This document shows positions 49,086-60,600 of a stretch of 64,000 nt of DNA, one piece after another; within the stretch, counting starts at the first letter, position 1; every line of letters begins with the position of its first letter. Below the pieces are notes generated by a model, which had not been told where the DNA came from, did no database searches, and was given only the letters and a program-made list of their open reading frames with translations. The stretch comes from Macrostomum lignano. Its lineage: Eukaryota. The stretch is from contig NIVC01000909.1 in assembly GCA_002269645.1 (NCBI GenBank), forward strand, positions 242,258-306,257. The letters are read 5' to 3'. The position numbers were made by a program, and so were the translations under genes.

Positions 49086-49779
49086 CAATTGTGTGCCAAG
49101 TTTATCAATCAAATTTTAACAACGATCAAAACTGTATCTGGGTGTATCAATGTTTTACATGTCGATTTTCCTATTTTGTTTTAATGAAGCTCCGTGTTTT
49201 AAATTTTAAGTAGTTTTAGTTTTTTAGATTCACCTGTCTAGTGCGAAACTAAAAGCACTTCTCTCTATGGAGCATGTACATTCCAATCTGCTGATGCATG
49301 GATTTCCCATTGTTGGTGTCGTTTGTTGTTGACTTTAAACTAACACCAATTTTTAGCTAGTTACTAATAAATATATTGATGCAATGACCTAATAACAACA
49401 CTGCTGAAATGTCAGCAGTGTCAGCAGTTTGTCTACCTCGGCGGTCTGGCTAGGGCCCAACTGACAGTCAAATCTTTTTCTGCTTTTGTTGCGCAAAAAA
49501 GTTAAAAGATCTCTCGGCCCAGTAAAGTTTTTCTGCACTAGCTTTCAAGGTAGGGCCACTCCGATAAGATATTAGCAGAAGACGAAACCGTCAAAACTGA
49601 GACAACGTTGAAAAATCTGTTTATGCCAGCATTAAATGCTCGACATTACCTATAAATGGCACGTGATGATAAAATAAAAGTACGGTACATAATTAGATTT
49701 TTATCGGTTTGCAGCTACTCAACTACACTGCCTGGACCATTTGTGTTAGATAACCAGCTAGACTTTCAAAATTCGTTCG

Positions 49780-52328
49780 ATGCATGAGAAAATAATCCTG
49801 AGGCAACGAGAAATGAAGCGGAAGCTGAGAGTGACGCTGGAGGCTGGAGAGAGCAAGGAGCTGCTGCGACTCTGCGATAGGGTTGACGACAACATCTGCC
49901 TGACTGTTTGCGGGTACGATAAACGTCTATATGGCTCCGAAGTGCTGCACCACTCACTGGCTCATCACGTGGCTTGCAAGCCGGTGAGGTTGTCCTGCCT
50001 GGAGCTGCTGATTGACAGATTCGGACCCGACTGTCTGATGTGTAAAAATGATTGGAGGTGTGAAACTCCAGTGCACTTGGCAGCCATGCATCAGGACGAA
50101 TCTTGGTTGCAGCTGGTTAAAGAGAAGGGAGGCAGAAACTGCTTGAGGATTGCGGATCAAAGCGGACAGACAGTCGCTCACTTTGCTGCTATGAACAGAA
50201 AATGCTATTCGTGTCTCAACTGGCTGGTGAAGGAGTTCGGCGGCGACTGTCTCACAGTTCCTGACTATTCCAGTGACACTGCTGTCCATTTGGCCGCTCA
50301 ACATCAGGGCATCGAGTCGTTAGAGTGGATCAAGAGACACATCGGAACTGACTGCTTCCGGTTCAGAGGAAGGTGTGATAAAACAGCTTTTCACGTTGCT
50401 TCCGAAACATCTGACGATTTAAATTTGAAGTGGCTGGTGAAGGAGATCGGCAGCGACTGTCTCACAGTTCCTGACAAATGGGGTAACACGGCCGTCCATT
50501 TGGTTGCAAAGTATCAGGGCGTCGAGTCGCTGGAATTAATCAAGAAAGAGATCGGAACTGACTGCTTTCGGCTCAGTGGAAGGTGTGATAGAACTGCATT
50601 TCACTATGCCGCCGAGAATTCTAACGATTCAAATCTTAAGTGGCTGGTGAAGGAGGTCGGCACCGACTGTCTTACAGTTCCTGACGAAGACGGCGACACG
50701 GCCGTCCATTTGGCCGCTCATCATCAATCAGTTGGCTCCCTGGAGTTTATTTTTAACCAAATTGGAGCGAAAATGTTCGGCTTGAAAAATAAAATGACGG
50801 CGAGACGGTGGCCGATTTCGTAAAATATCATTCGAGGTTGAGCGCTGACCGGTCAGCAAAGCTGTCCTGGATTTCTGACGCGCAGCAGCGGCTCGAAGCC
50901 TCTCAGTCGCTCGCTGGCAACTCAGTGCAAGATGTCGTATTTAATGTAGCTAAGTGAGTCCTGGATGAGAGCTATTGCATCCCCAAATATTGGAGCAGCC
51001 TTTACAATAGTTGCAGCATTTGGGCACCTTCAGCGCTAGCTTGAACTCTTGGATAGTGATTTCAACTAATTAAGGAATTTATAGTATTTGGAGTATTTGA
51101 AATATTTGGAGAATGAAACTCTTTCATTTTTCACGACTCACGATAGACTTAGGAGCGTCGGTATGTGACATAGAAGCGCGATGGTCTCGCAACAGTCACG
51201 GTAGGTATTTTATAATTGAAGGTGAGAGACTACCACCCGATTTGAGAAATCTTGTGAGCTCTAAATAGCTGCATAGCCCTGTCAATGATGATTCGAATCA
51301 ATGGGACAGAAAGATTCATTTATACAACGTCCGTCCCTACAACCGTTTCAGCCCCAAGAAGTCCCTTGATCCGGGATTTATCAATTGGGACTTCATCTTG
51401 CAAGACAGCAGCAAAAAGCTATTGATTGGCAGAGGCGGATTCGGCAAGGTTTACAAGGCCCTCACAGATCGGAACCAGATCGTGGCTGTCAAGGTGCTGC
51501 CTCTAGGAAAACCTGGAGAAGCGGGGAAGCTGCAGAAAGCCGTCGAGATGGAGAAGCGGGGAGTTGAGATCCTCAAGCGACTCTCGCATCCCAACATTCT
51601 GCAGTTCCTCAAGTGCGAGCAGAAGTCGGATGGGCTGTACATCTTCACCGAGCTGGTCTCGGGTCACAGCCTCTTTGAGCTGATGCAGCGTCAGAACAAG
51701 CCGTTCGAGGAGTCCGGGGTCAGGGACTTCTCCAGACAGGTGCATCTCTGGGCGAATGTCCCATAGTTTTATTCTGCTGATTTTATTCGCTGTCAATCAA
51801 TTTTTCCATAACTGCTGAAAACTGCCTTAATCTGAAACGCAGATCTGCTCAGGCTTAAACTTTCTTCATTACCAACCTAAACGAGCCATTCTGCACCGTG
51901 ACATCAAAAGCTCAAACGTGATGCTCACCAACGAGGGCGTCATCAAGCTGATCGACTTCGGTCTCGCCAAGGAGATCGTCGGCACCAGCGGACTGAGCAC
52001 AGGCGTCGATCCCAAAGGCACCTCCTACTTCATGGCGCCCGAGCTGTTCATGGGCGAGGGCGACTCGATTCCGTACTCAGCCAAGACCGACGTGTGGGCC
52101 TTCGGCTGCACCGTGTATGAGCTGACGGCCATGCAGCCTCCTGACGCGAACGTTCAGCAGTTCAGGATCGCCGTGCTGAGGTGCGGAGGGCGGGCGATGC
52201 CTCGGATTGCGGACGGGTTCTCAGCCGGCCTGAAGGACTTCTACCTCAGGTGCGTAGACTATGAGCCGAGGAAGCGAGCGGACACCGCGGAGCTGCTGCG
52301 GCACAGCTTCCTGAGTGCCTCATCGTGA
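49780..52328 (+). CDS. Ankyrin-repeat + STE11/MAP3K-like Ser/Thr kinase; exons 49780-50953 (1-nt frameshift near 50790), 51277-51739, 51843-52328
   Basis: Multiple TAVHLAA/TAFH ankyrin repeats; kinase motifs GRGGFGKVY, VAVK, HRDIKSSN, DFG, GTSYFMAPE and DVWAFG. After the frameshift the frame NDGETVADF..VA runs to a GTGAGT donor whose phase (2) matches the acceptor at 51277. Confidence 0.8.
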
Positions 52329-52574
52329 CTGTTAGGGGGGGGGGGTTGACGGCAGAGTATCAGGTGTGTTAAAGCTTTGTGAACTAAAAAAGCTTAATTG
52401 AATTCGTAACACACGATCGAGTTATCTTTCCCTCGTTTGAGTTCTGCATTGAACACGTCAGCCATTTTTATCTCTACTTGAAAGCTCCTGGTACATGCAT
52501 ATTTGTCTTTGTAATGAGTACGTTCAGAACTATAGGCGACCAATGCGATGCAAAAGTGCTTGTTTGAGTTGGGT

Positions 52575-53405
52575 TGCTGAGGGGTGCTGAAGTGAGGGCT
52601 GAGGGGTGCTGGGGTGGGGGTTGAGGGGTGCTGAAGTGGGGGCTGAGGGGTGCTGGAGTGGGGGCTGAGGGGTGCTGGAGTGAGGGCTGAGGGGTGCTGG
52701 GGTGGGGGTTGAGGGTGCTGGAGTGGGGGCTGAGGGGTGCAGGAGTGGGGGCTGAGGGGTGCTGGAGTGAGGGCTGAGGGGTGCTGGAGTGATGGCTGAG
52801 GGGTACTGGAGTGGGGCTGAGGGGTGCTAGAGTGGGGGCTGAGGGGTGCTGGAGTGGGGCTTGAGGGGTGCTGGAGTGAGGGCTGATGGGTGCTGGAGTG
52901 GGGCTGAGGGGTGCTGGCTGGAGTGATGGCTGAGGGGTACTGGAGTGGGGCTGAAGGGTGCTGGAGTGGGGGCTGAGGGGTGCTGGAGTGGGGCTGAGGG
53001 GTGCTGGAGTGGGGGCTGAGGGGTGCTGGAGTGGGGCTTGAGGGGTGCTGGAGTGAGGGCTGATGGGTGCTGGAGTGGGGCTGAGGGGTGCTGGCTGGAG
53101 TGATGGCTGAGGGGTACTGGAGTGGGGCTGAGGGGTGCTGGAGTGGGGGCTGAGGGGTGCTGGAGTGGGGGCTGAGGGTGCTGGAGTGAGGGCTGAGGGG
53201 TGCTGGAGTGGGGGTTGAGGGGTGCTGGAGTGGGGCTTGAGGGGTGCTGGAGTGAGGGCTGAGGGGTGCTGGCTGGAGTGGGGGCTGAGGGGTGCTGGAG
53301 TGGGGCTTGAGGGGTGCTGGCTGGAGTGGGGGTTGAGGGGTGCTGGAGTGGGGCTTGAGGGGTGCTGGAGTGGGGGTTGAGGGGTGCTGGCTGGAGTGGG
53401 GGCTG
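52575..53405. repeat. 21-22-bp G-rich minisatellite
   Basis: Unit gaggggtgctggagtgggggct. Confidence 0.93.
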
Positions 53406-53852
53406 ATACGTGCCAAGCACAGAAGTGTTATGCATAGGCATGTGATATGTTGTATTTTGTTTAAACAGGTGGAGCACGAGGACTAAAGAAAATAAATTCG
53501 ACAAATTTTCTGCCGCTTTGAAGTCGATGCAGCTTGCAGCTTCCTTCTCAAGGACGGCAGTCTTCCTCATCCATAGAGACGCTGCTACAGTGCATGTGTT
53601 TTTTTAATCCCAAATAATTTTCTACCCTTTTCTTTGACTAATTTTTTTTCTCGAATGTCGGGTCCCAACATAACTATCACAGCAATAGTGATTAGTTTTC
53701 GTACTAATAAATTATAAAATTATAAAAAACTATAGCAATCTTCGGCCCCTTTTTGGGTAGACAACAAAGAAGGAATAAAAACTATTGAATAAACTACATG
53801 TAGCTTTTGACGTTGTAAAAGTCACTTATTTGTTTAAATGTTTTAATCCCAA

Positions 53853-54158
53853 GGGGCCAGGGGGCTTGCCCAATGGTCGAGAGCGTCGGACTCACGACTT
53901 GAAGGTCGGGGGTTCGATTCTCCGATCCCATTGGAACAAATTGTGTCCTTGAGCAAGACACTTAACTCTGCATTGCTTCAGTTCACCCAGCTGTAAAATG
54001 GGTGCCAGCATTAGCTGGGGTAATTGAGGGTGTGTGGCGACCCCTCAGTCCTTGGACTGGACAGCCGTACGCAGCCTTCAGATGCGCCGCGCAATAGCTG
54101 CGGCTGAGCTGTCGGTTGCACATCTGGCCCAATTGGGACAGGTGTAATCAATTATTAA
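53853..54158 (+). mobile_element. tRNA-derived CORE-type SINE, copy 2
   Basis: B box GGTTCGATTCTCC; tgtgtccttgagcaagacacttaac..cagctgtaaaatgggt; body shared with 30634-30920. Confidence 0.82.
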
Positions 54159-54401
54159 TATCATTCAAGCAAAAAATCATTCGGTCCGATATGCGCAACT
54201 TGAAGATATCATCAGCATCCCCTGTGAACTTTGGCATCAAAGCCCCCATCCCTCACTCCAGCTGTGATGGTACTTCACTAGCTGAAGATCTTCGAACTCT
54301 TGCCACACTGAAACATTAGTCCTACCGCACAGCTTCAATAGCAGTGCTCGGGTTGCGGCAAATCCGGTTTGAGGCTCGGCTTCTGATCTTGACCAGAGCT
54401 G

Positions 54402-54595
54402 GGACCACTAGAAGCTACCGTTGTATCAGGACGCAACACTCTTGAATATTGCAAAATTTATTGACAAAAATAGTTAAAATGACTCAGTTTTATTCTTTTT
54501 GTCTGCAAAAAATATATTGCATCAAGCGGCCTTCAAATAAATTTGCAATATTTACGAGCGTTGCGTCCTGATACAACGGTAGCTTCTAGTGGTCC
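54402..54595. mobile_element. Small MITE-like inverted repeat (~194 bp)
   Basis: ggaccactagaagctaccgttgtatcaggacgcaac and its perfect reverse complement at the other end; no TSD found. Confidence 0.6.
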
Positions 54596-54819
54596 TTGAC
54601 TCATTGGGCACTAAAGACACGGCAAGCATGAAACTCAATAACGCAGTCTAGGCGGTAAGGGATGTCACTTTGATTATTGGCCTACCAAAAACTCCCTTGG
54701 CCTCTCAGCAACCCCTCTATGGCCTATGGCCTTAGCATCTCAGTAACTCCCCATGAGCTTTACTGCGAATTCCATTATTGGGGCCTTACGACGATTGATT
54801 AGCGACCATTCAACCATCA

Positions 54820-54875
54820 AACCTAACCCTAACCCTAAATCTAACCAAAACCCTAACCTAAAACCTAAACCTAAA
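54820..54875. repeat. Degenerate telomere-like (CCCTAA)n tract
   Basis: aaacctaaccctaaccctaaatctaaccaaaaccctaacctaaaacctaaacctaa. Confidence 0.6.
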
Positions 54876-55256
54876 GTCTAGCGTCATGTTTCTAAATCAT
54901 AGTCACGAATAATCTCTCCGGAAGGATGAACCTCCCCGGCATCCATTTTTTAGCTCGCAGTTTCATTGTCCACTTTCCTCATCTCTGCTTTCTTCCTGGT
55001 TGTCGCACCTGCTCCCTCCCAAATTGTCCAGTTCTGTGGACCCGCGGGATCGCGCAGGATTTGCAATTAAAACAATCCCAGAATAAAAACTTCTTCTACT
55101 TGCCAGAAGTAAAAAAGTCAAAAAGTACTTTTCATTTTATTTTTCGTGTTTTCCTGCGTTCATTAGGGAGTTAGTCTAATAAACTCCTTGTACCCAAGTA
55201 GTCCTTGGATAAAAGTTGGCGCAGATTTGTTTATTTAGGAATGTATAAATCTCGCA

Positions 55257-55757
55257 TTAGTAGTTGATTTCAAACTTGACATCATTGCACTCATTGGTTG
55301 TTTTGCAGGAATCTAAAATTAAGAAATAAACAATTACTGTGTAGGTCATTGAAATTGCGGAGAAGTTGCATCTATTACACCTTTGTTTACCAGCAGTGCA
55401 GCAGATGCCAGTGGCAGCGCAGTGCCCCTTGCCACCATGGCAGGCGGTGGCGACGCGGTCGCAGCCGAGGACGCTCGCTGGCAGACGGCGGCAGGCGGCG
55501 GTGTCCGGGCCGAACCCGACGCGACATCCGCCGCGCGGGTGACAGCAGATGGCGCGGCCAAAGCAGCGGCCCCAGCCGTGAGAGCAGCTCAGACAGGGAC
55601 CGCTGACGCTGTGCCGCTCAAACTGTTTATGCTGCTCCAACTGTTCATTGGATCGCTTCTTCCCACCGGGCGCGCAGTTTTCCATGAAACAGGCGTTGCA
55701 GAAATAATCCGACAAAAATGCCAGAAACAGGAGAGTCGGAATGAGCTTTACGGACAT
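55257..55757 (-). CDS. Vasopressin/oxytocin-type preprohormone (signal peptide, nonapeptide CFMENCAPG-G-KKR, neurophysin), 140 aa; exons 55757-55391 and 55312-55257
   Basis: 22-aa signal peptide directly followed by C-X4-C-X2-G-GKKR; neurophysin with all 14 Cys (CLSC, GRCFG..ICC, GGC..C, C..C, GHCAATGICC, SC..EC); 78-nt phase-1 GT-AG intron after CCxx. Possible 46-nt 5'-UTR intron at 55769-55814. Confidence 0.93.
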   Translation of the reverse strand: MSVKLIPTLLFLAFLSDYFCNACFMENCAPGGKKRSNEQLEQHKQFERHSVSGPCLSCSHGWGRCFGRAICCHPRGGCRVGFGPDTAACRRLPASVLGCDRVATACHGGKGHCAATGICCTAGKQRCNRCNFSAISMTYTVIVYFLILDSCKTTNECNDVKFEINY

Positions 55758-57039
55758 GCTTATAGTTTCTGCGGTGGGACGATACTATCGATATGGACGA
55801 TCTGGTAAACTTACCTTCTGGAGGTGTAAATCAGTGCCGATTTTATAAGAAGCTACATTTAAATGAAAGCTAGCGCTGATGTTTTTTTTGTTTCGGGCGA
55901 ATTTCCTGACTGTCTTTTATTGACGCTTCGAATGCTGAGTCCGGTGGGTGGCCGGGGTTTCGAGTCCCCAAGGGGTTTGGCGGATTTAGTCTAGCGTTTG
56001 AAGCAGCAAATTTTTCCAAACGGGCAATTAATTGCATTCCAAAAATCATTGGCCGTCCTGCGGGACGTCTTCGAGCTCGGGTTTCGGTAGCGCAATTTCG
56101 ACAATTTTTTTCCTAATTTTTGTTTGGACAATAATCAAGCCTAAAGCCTGCACAATTTAGTTGGTGTGATCAAAAGCGAAAAAAATTGGCTTAACTTTAT
56201 TCGAACAATTTTCTGCCTTTAACTGCTAATTGGTTGCAAGATTTTGTTTTTTTAGCATTTCCCAAGCATGAACATCTTTTTAAAGAAAGATATTTTCTCT
56301 TTTTCTTTCTTCATATTTTTCCGACGTTGATGTGCGTAACTGGAAAATGTGTACTTTTGCATCACACTGACGTTTGGCCGGCATATAGATAACGACATAA
56401 AAATAGTCATTTTTAGCTATTTAGCCATAGCATCGACGCGGGTTTATTGGGAAGCGTCAGCAGACATCGTAATGTCTCTTTTTGGGAGAGTGTAGATCAG
56501 AAGCAACATTGCTTTCTCCAATTTCCTGCTTTCACTCATGCTTTTAGAATCGTGAGTCTTTATCGAGAAATTTTTTTACGTAATTCGATAAGTAGTTAAT
56601 CCCACATGTTTCAACAAAAGCTGCAGTTGTTGACGGAAATTTTCTTTTATGATTCTTTCTCTTTACTGCGCGTGTTGAACGTCATAGGCGAATAGGAAGG
56701 GCAATTTTGGGTGCTAATGGGCTGGATATATGCTGCTGTTTGCCAGCTTATTAGAGGCATGTAGCTGCATGTGGATCTAAACTACATCCGTAGCTAGTAG
56801 TCAGAGGTGTGTCTTTGCTAGACCAATGGAGATTGAGAAATTTTAGTCCTGTCTCGCTGTCATACAGCGCACAGGGTGCATACAGATCAAAGCCACTGAC
56901 TACATGTAATATCACTGATCATGTATACGCAGCACATGTACAGTATAGCACTGTGCCTTTGAAGTTTCCGGCTTTTAGAGTATCCGACAAGAGTTATGTA
57001 TATATGATGCCCTGCCATGCACTTCTGCCCCACTCTGGC

Positions 57040-57186
57040 ATCTGACTCTGACACTGACATCTGATTCTGACTCTGACATCTGACTCTGACTCTGACATCG
57101 ATCTGACTCTGACATCTGACTCTGACTCTGACATCTGACTCTGACTCTGACATCTGACTCTGACTCTGACATCTGACTCTGACTCC
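57040..57186. repeat. (TCTGAC)n-type 6/7-bp repeat
   Basis: tctgactctgacatctgac repeated. Confidence 0.9.
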
Positions 57187-57607
57187 AAAATATCTTACTG
57201 TTGCTCAAGTGGAAATTCGGCAACCCGACTTCAATTTATCAGTTTCGCCAATTTTAATCGTATAGAGTCCAACGGAGCATTCTAGCTGTCTCTCTTAATT
57301 TAAGTCAGAATAATCTGTGATTTAAGTAGTCTCTCTTATAAGTTATCTTATAGGTTATACGTGAACTTAGACCTATTCTATTATTCCGTATAAGAACCTA
57401 TAGTTTCACATTTTTCAGAGAACGGCAATCTCCTAATTTACTGCGATTTTTCAGTTTTCTCAAACTTTTCGGCCGATTTGCCAACTCTTATTGCAATGGC
57501 TGGAAGGCCCAGAGCACCAACCAAAATCGTCCATGAAGCTGATACGAGGCCAAACACCAATCTCATTATCATCTCGACATCAACCTAAAGGAGCCACAGG
57601 TGGCACT

Positions 57608-60600
57608 AGTGCAGTTTCGTTCGCAAAATTATTTTTCATTTGAATTTAGCTAAACTAATAATTTTAATTTTATTTTCTTACTCCTGGGAGAGCAAGGAAC
57701 TGTTGTAACATTTACAACGTTTTTTTGGTTTGTTTATAACAATAAATGTAACTGTAAACCAGAAAAGGAGTTCGTAGTTTATATGTAATAGTTACGGATC
57801 ATTTGTTACTAATAATAATGACGGATCCAGTACGAGCGTACAGGATGTTGGAAAATGCTGCTTCCTGATCTCCATATGCGCACGCATGAATTATTTTTCA
57901 TTTGAATTTGAATTCGCGCCACTGCCGAGGATTTGAATCGATAATGTTGACGTGGCAAAGTCTCCCTGTGAGTTATCTATGGCCCAAAAGGATGGTGTCT
58001 GATAATTGCTAAGTATAGGGGGATAGCAAAAAGCATTTTTTACCAAATGTATTTTTTCAAAAGCACAAGGTATTCTTATAAGAATATTTTACCACTGCGA
58101 CCAAAAATGGCTGGACGTCTACCTAGGGCCTAATTGACAATCAACGAGTGTGTGGCTGCCTTGTTGGTGCAGGTGATGGTATAGTACACCAATGAGTTTA
58201 CAACGCAGAGAAGGGCAGCGGTACTTTGGATGGGCACGCCTGGGATTGCAAGAATTGTCGATCATGATGGGTTTCGACCTTCGGGCTCCTTGTTAGGGAA
58301 GCCTTCGGGCCTCAGGCTCAGAAATAAATCAATTAGAGACCTGGCCCCCCACTCCTGTCAGATGGTCAGCCCCATGGTAGCTTGATCGTGTGGCGAGCAG
58401 TCTAGGTCCTATAGCTAAGAGATGGACAGCGAGAGACGAGCAGGGAGAATTTTGAAAGTAGAAATTAGCTAATCCGCAGATCAACTAACTTGCTGCCACC
58501 AGCCCGTGCGCCCTGGCTCACCACACCGGGACTCTCGAAATCGGGCTTCCGACTAGAAGGGGCTTTGCACTTACCTGCCAACTAGTGTCTTTTTGCTGTC
58601 AATCTCGAAGTCATAGCCGATGATAAGGGACACTGCTGGGACTTGATCGCATTGGCCATGCAGGTACAGAGGGGACTTTTGCAGGGGATTCTTGCAGTGG
58701 CGAGTCTATGGGGTAGCTGCATATACTATTACATTGCTAAATACGAGGATATGTACTTTTGGCCTTCAACGCGCCAACTAGCCTCTCGTAGCGCTGATGA
58801 TAGACTAACTCGAACTTCAGAGACCGCATGATTCATTTACCCGAGCCGCTTGGCTACCCTAGAGTGCACAAAGTACATCTCTGGCGCCGATTCTGCACTT
58901 CTGGCAGTTTTGCTCACTGATTTGATAGATTGGTCGACTGAGAACTGCCTTGCCATTGGTCCACTGTGACCGGCGCCTACTAGCTTAGCTACTCATCTGA
59001 GCCATCGGCGAACAAAGAAATAAAACCGATAAAAATAACTGTTAGATTTAACCTTCTCCTTAGTTCACTTCACACTTCAGATTGAATTGGAGTCTTAGAC
59101 TACTAGCAGTATTATTGAATGATTCCTGCCTCAGCAACAGCACTACTGAACAAAATGAGCAAAAGTGTGCGCCTAATTCAGCTACTGCAACAGGGGACAG
59201 ATAAGGGATCACCCAATCAAGCAAATCTAGGTAGCCTCTCACCCAACCAATCAGAAACTCAACAGCCGGAGACCAGGTAATCCACAGTGACCGAATCGGC
59301 TTGATGCTCTGCAGCTGTAGACTCGGGATGATGCTGTCACAATCTTCGCTGTTAGCTAGCAGATGATGCTCTTAACTTGATGTTCGCTGCTGATGACCGG
59401 GGGACTCGTCCTTGATGATGATGGGGGGAAGTCGCAATCCGGGGATCAAGAAACGACGGTCAGTTCCGGGCCGGTGGAGTAGGAACCAGGCCAGAGTCGG
59501 AACAGGTTGAACCAGGTTGAAGTCCGAGCGGGCCAAAAACACCGGTTTAAATAGCCGCCAACTGGACCGCAGTTTGTTATAATGGAACACGTCGATTCTG
59601 ATTGGCTGAGCCGTTTTGTTAAAATGAGCGCCGAATTTTCTGATTGGCTAAGCTTGTTGCTACCCAGAATCACGTGACCGGGAGATCCTATCAGTTCCCA
59701 CAGGGTCGTAAAAAGATGACAGGTGCGGACATAAATCACTCAAAATCGCAACAGAATGATTTATGACTTTTCGCGTAGGATTGACAGAAATTAATGAAAA
59801 AATATACATTAGAAAGCTCTTATTAAATAGAAAGTGAAGATAATGAAGAGAAATCGCTAATCGCTAATCCCAAAGTACTTTTAGGGGTAAAACGCATAGC
59901 TGTCAAAGCTGTCACACGCTTGAGTGAACACGAACAATAGGCTCTGACCTCATAAATCTTGATGGCCTGTCAAAATGATGAGAAAAAAGCTAGCGCCCGC
60001 ATCCTCTCAGACCATCTGGCGCCCGTCTCAACACTGAGTGAGGCGCAGGTGGCTGTCAGACCAGCTTCGAAAGCGATGATTTATGACCCAAAAAGCTGCG
60101 CCTATGTTATTATGACCAGACATTGTATCTAGTATAAATTTTATGAAAATTCGCAGAAAAAGGATAAAAATGCCCACTGCCCACTGTTAGTAGGCAAGTA
60201 AGTTTAGAGCCCATGTGCTAGCGCGGGATTTGGGAAAAAGTGCATCCTCATCAATCACAGGTAAATATACGCAAGGGGATCGAGTTTCTTTTAACGTAGT
60301 AGCCATCTGGAACTCCAGCAGCTCATTACCCTGATCTACATGTACGAGCGTACTACTGGGCCAGAGATGAAAACACGAGTGCAAAGGTGGCCGACCACAC
60401 TGCTGTCAATTGGCTTAACTTTGTGTGAGATATCTGCAGCCAGTTTTTCCTCGACCAACCTGTGCAACTGGGCGGACCTGGTTCAATTAACCGTTGAAAT
60501 CTACGAGAGCAAATTCTTCCATAGGAATTATACCATCAGGGTGCCTGGAGGCCGGGAGGGTCCTTGGTCCTTGGAATGGTGGAGAGGGACCAACAAGTGC

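Noticed and set aside
52394-53570. Pro/His/Ser-rich 340-aa and 247-aa ORFs
   Set aside because: Antisense translation of the G-rich minisatellite.
55298-55808. Plus-strand Ala/Arg-rich ORFs
   Set aside because: Shadow ORFs antisense to the GC-rich neurophysin exon. The same applies to 13144-13509, 46701-47084 and 49954-50304.
56887-57223. SESDVRVR-repeat ORFs
   Set aside because: (TCTGAC)n simple repeat.
58790-59460. CTGATGA motifs as hammerhead ribozyme cores
   Set aside because: No correctly placed stem II plus GAAA or closing stems.
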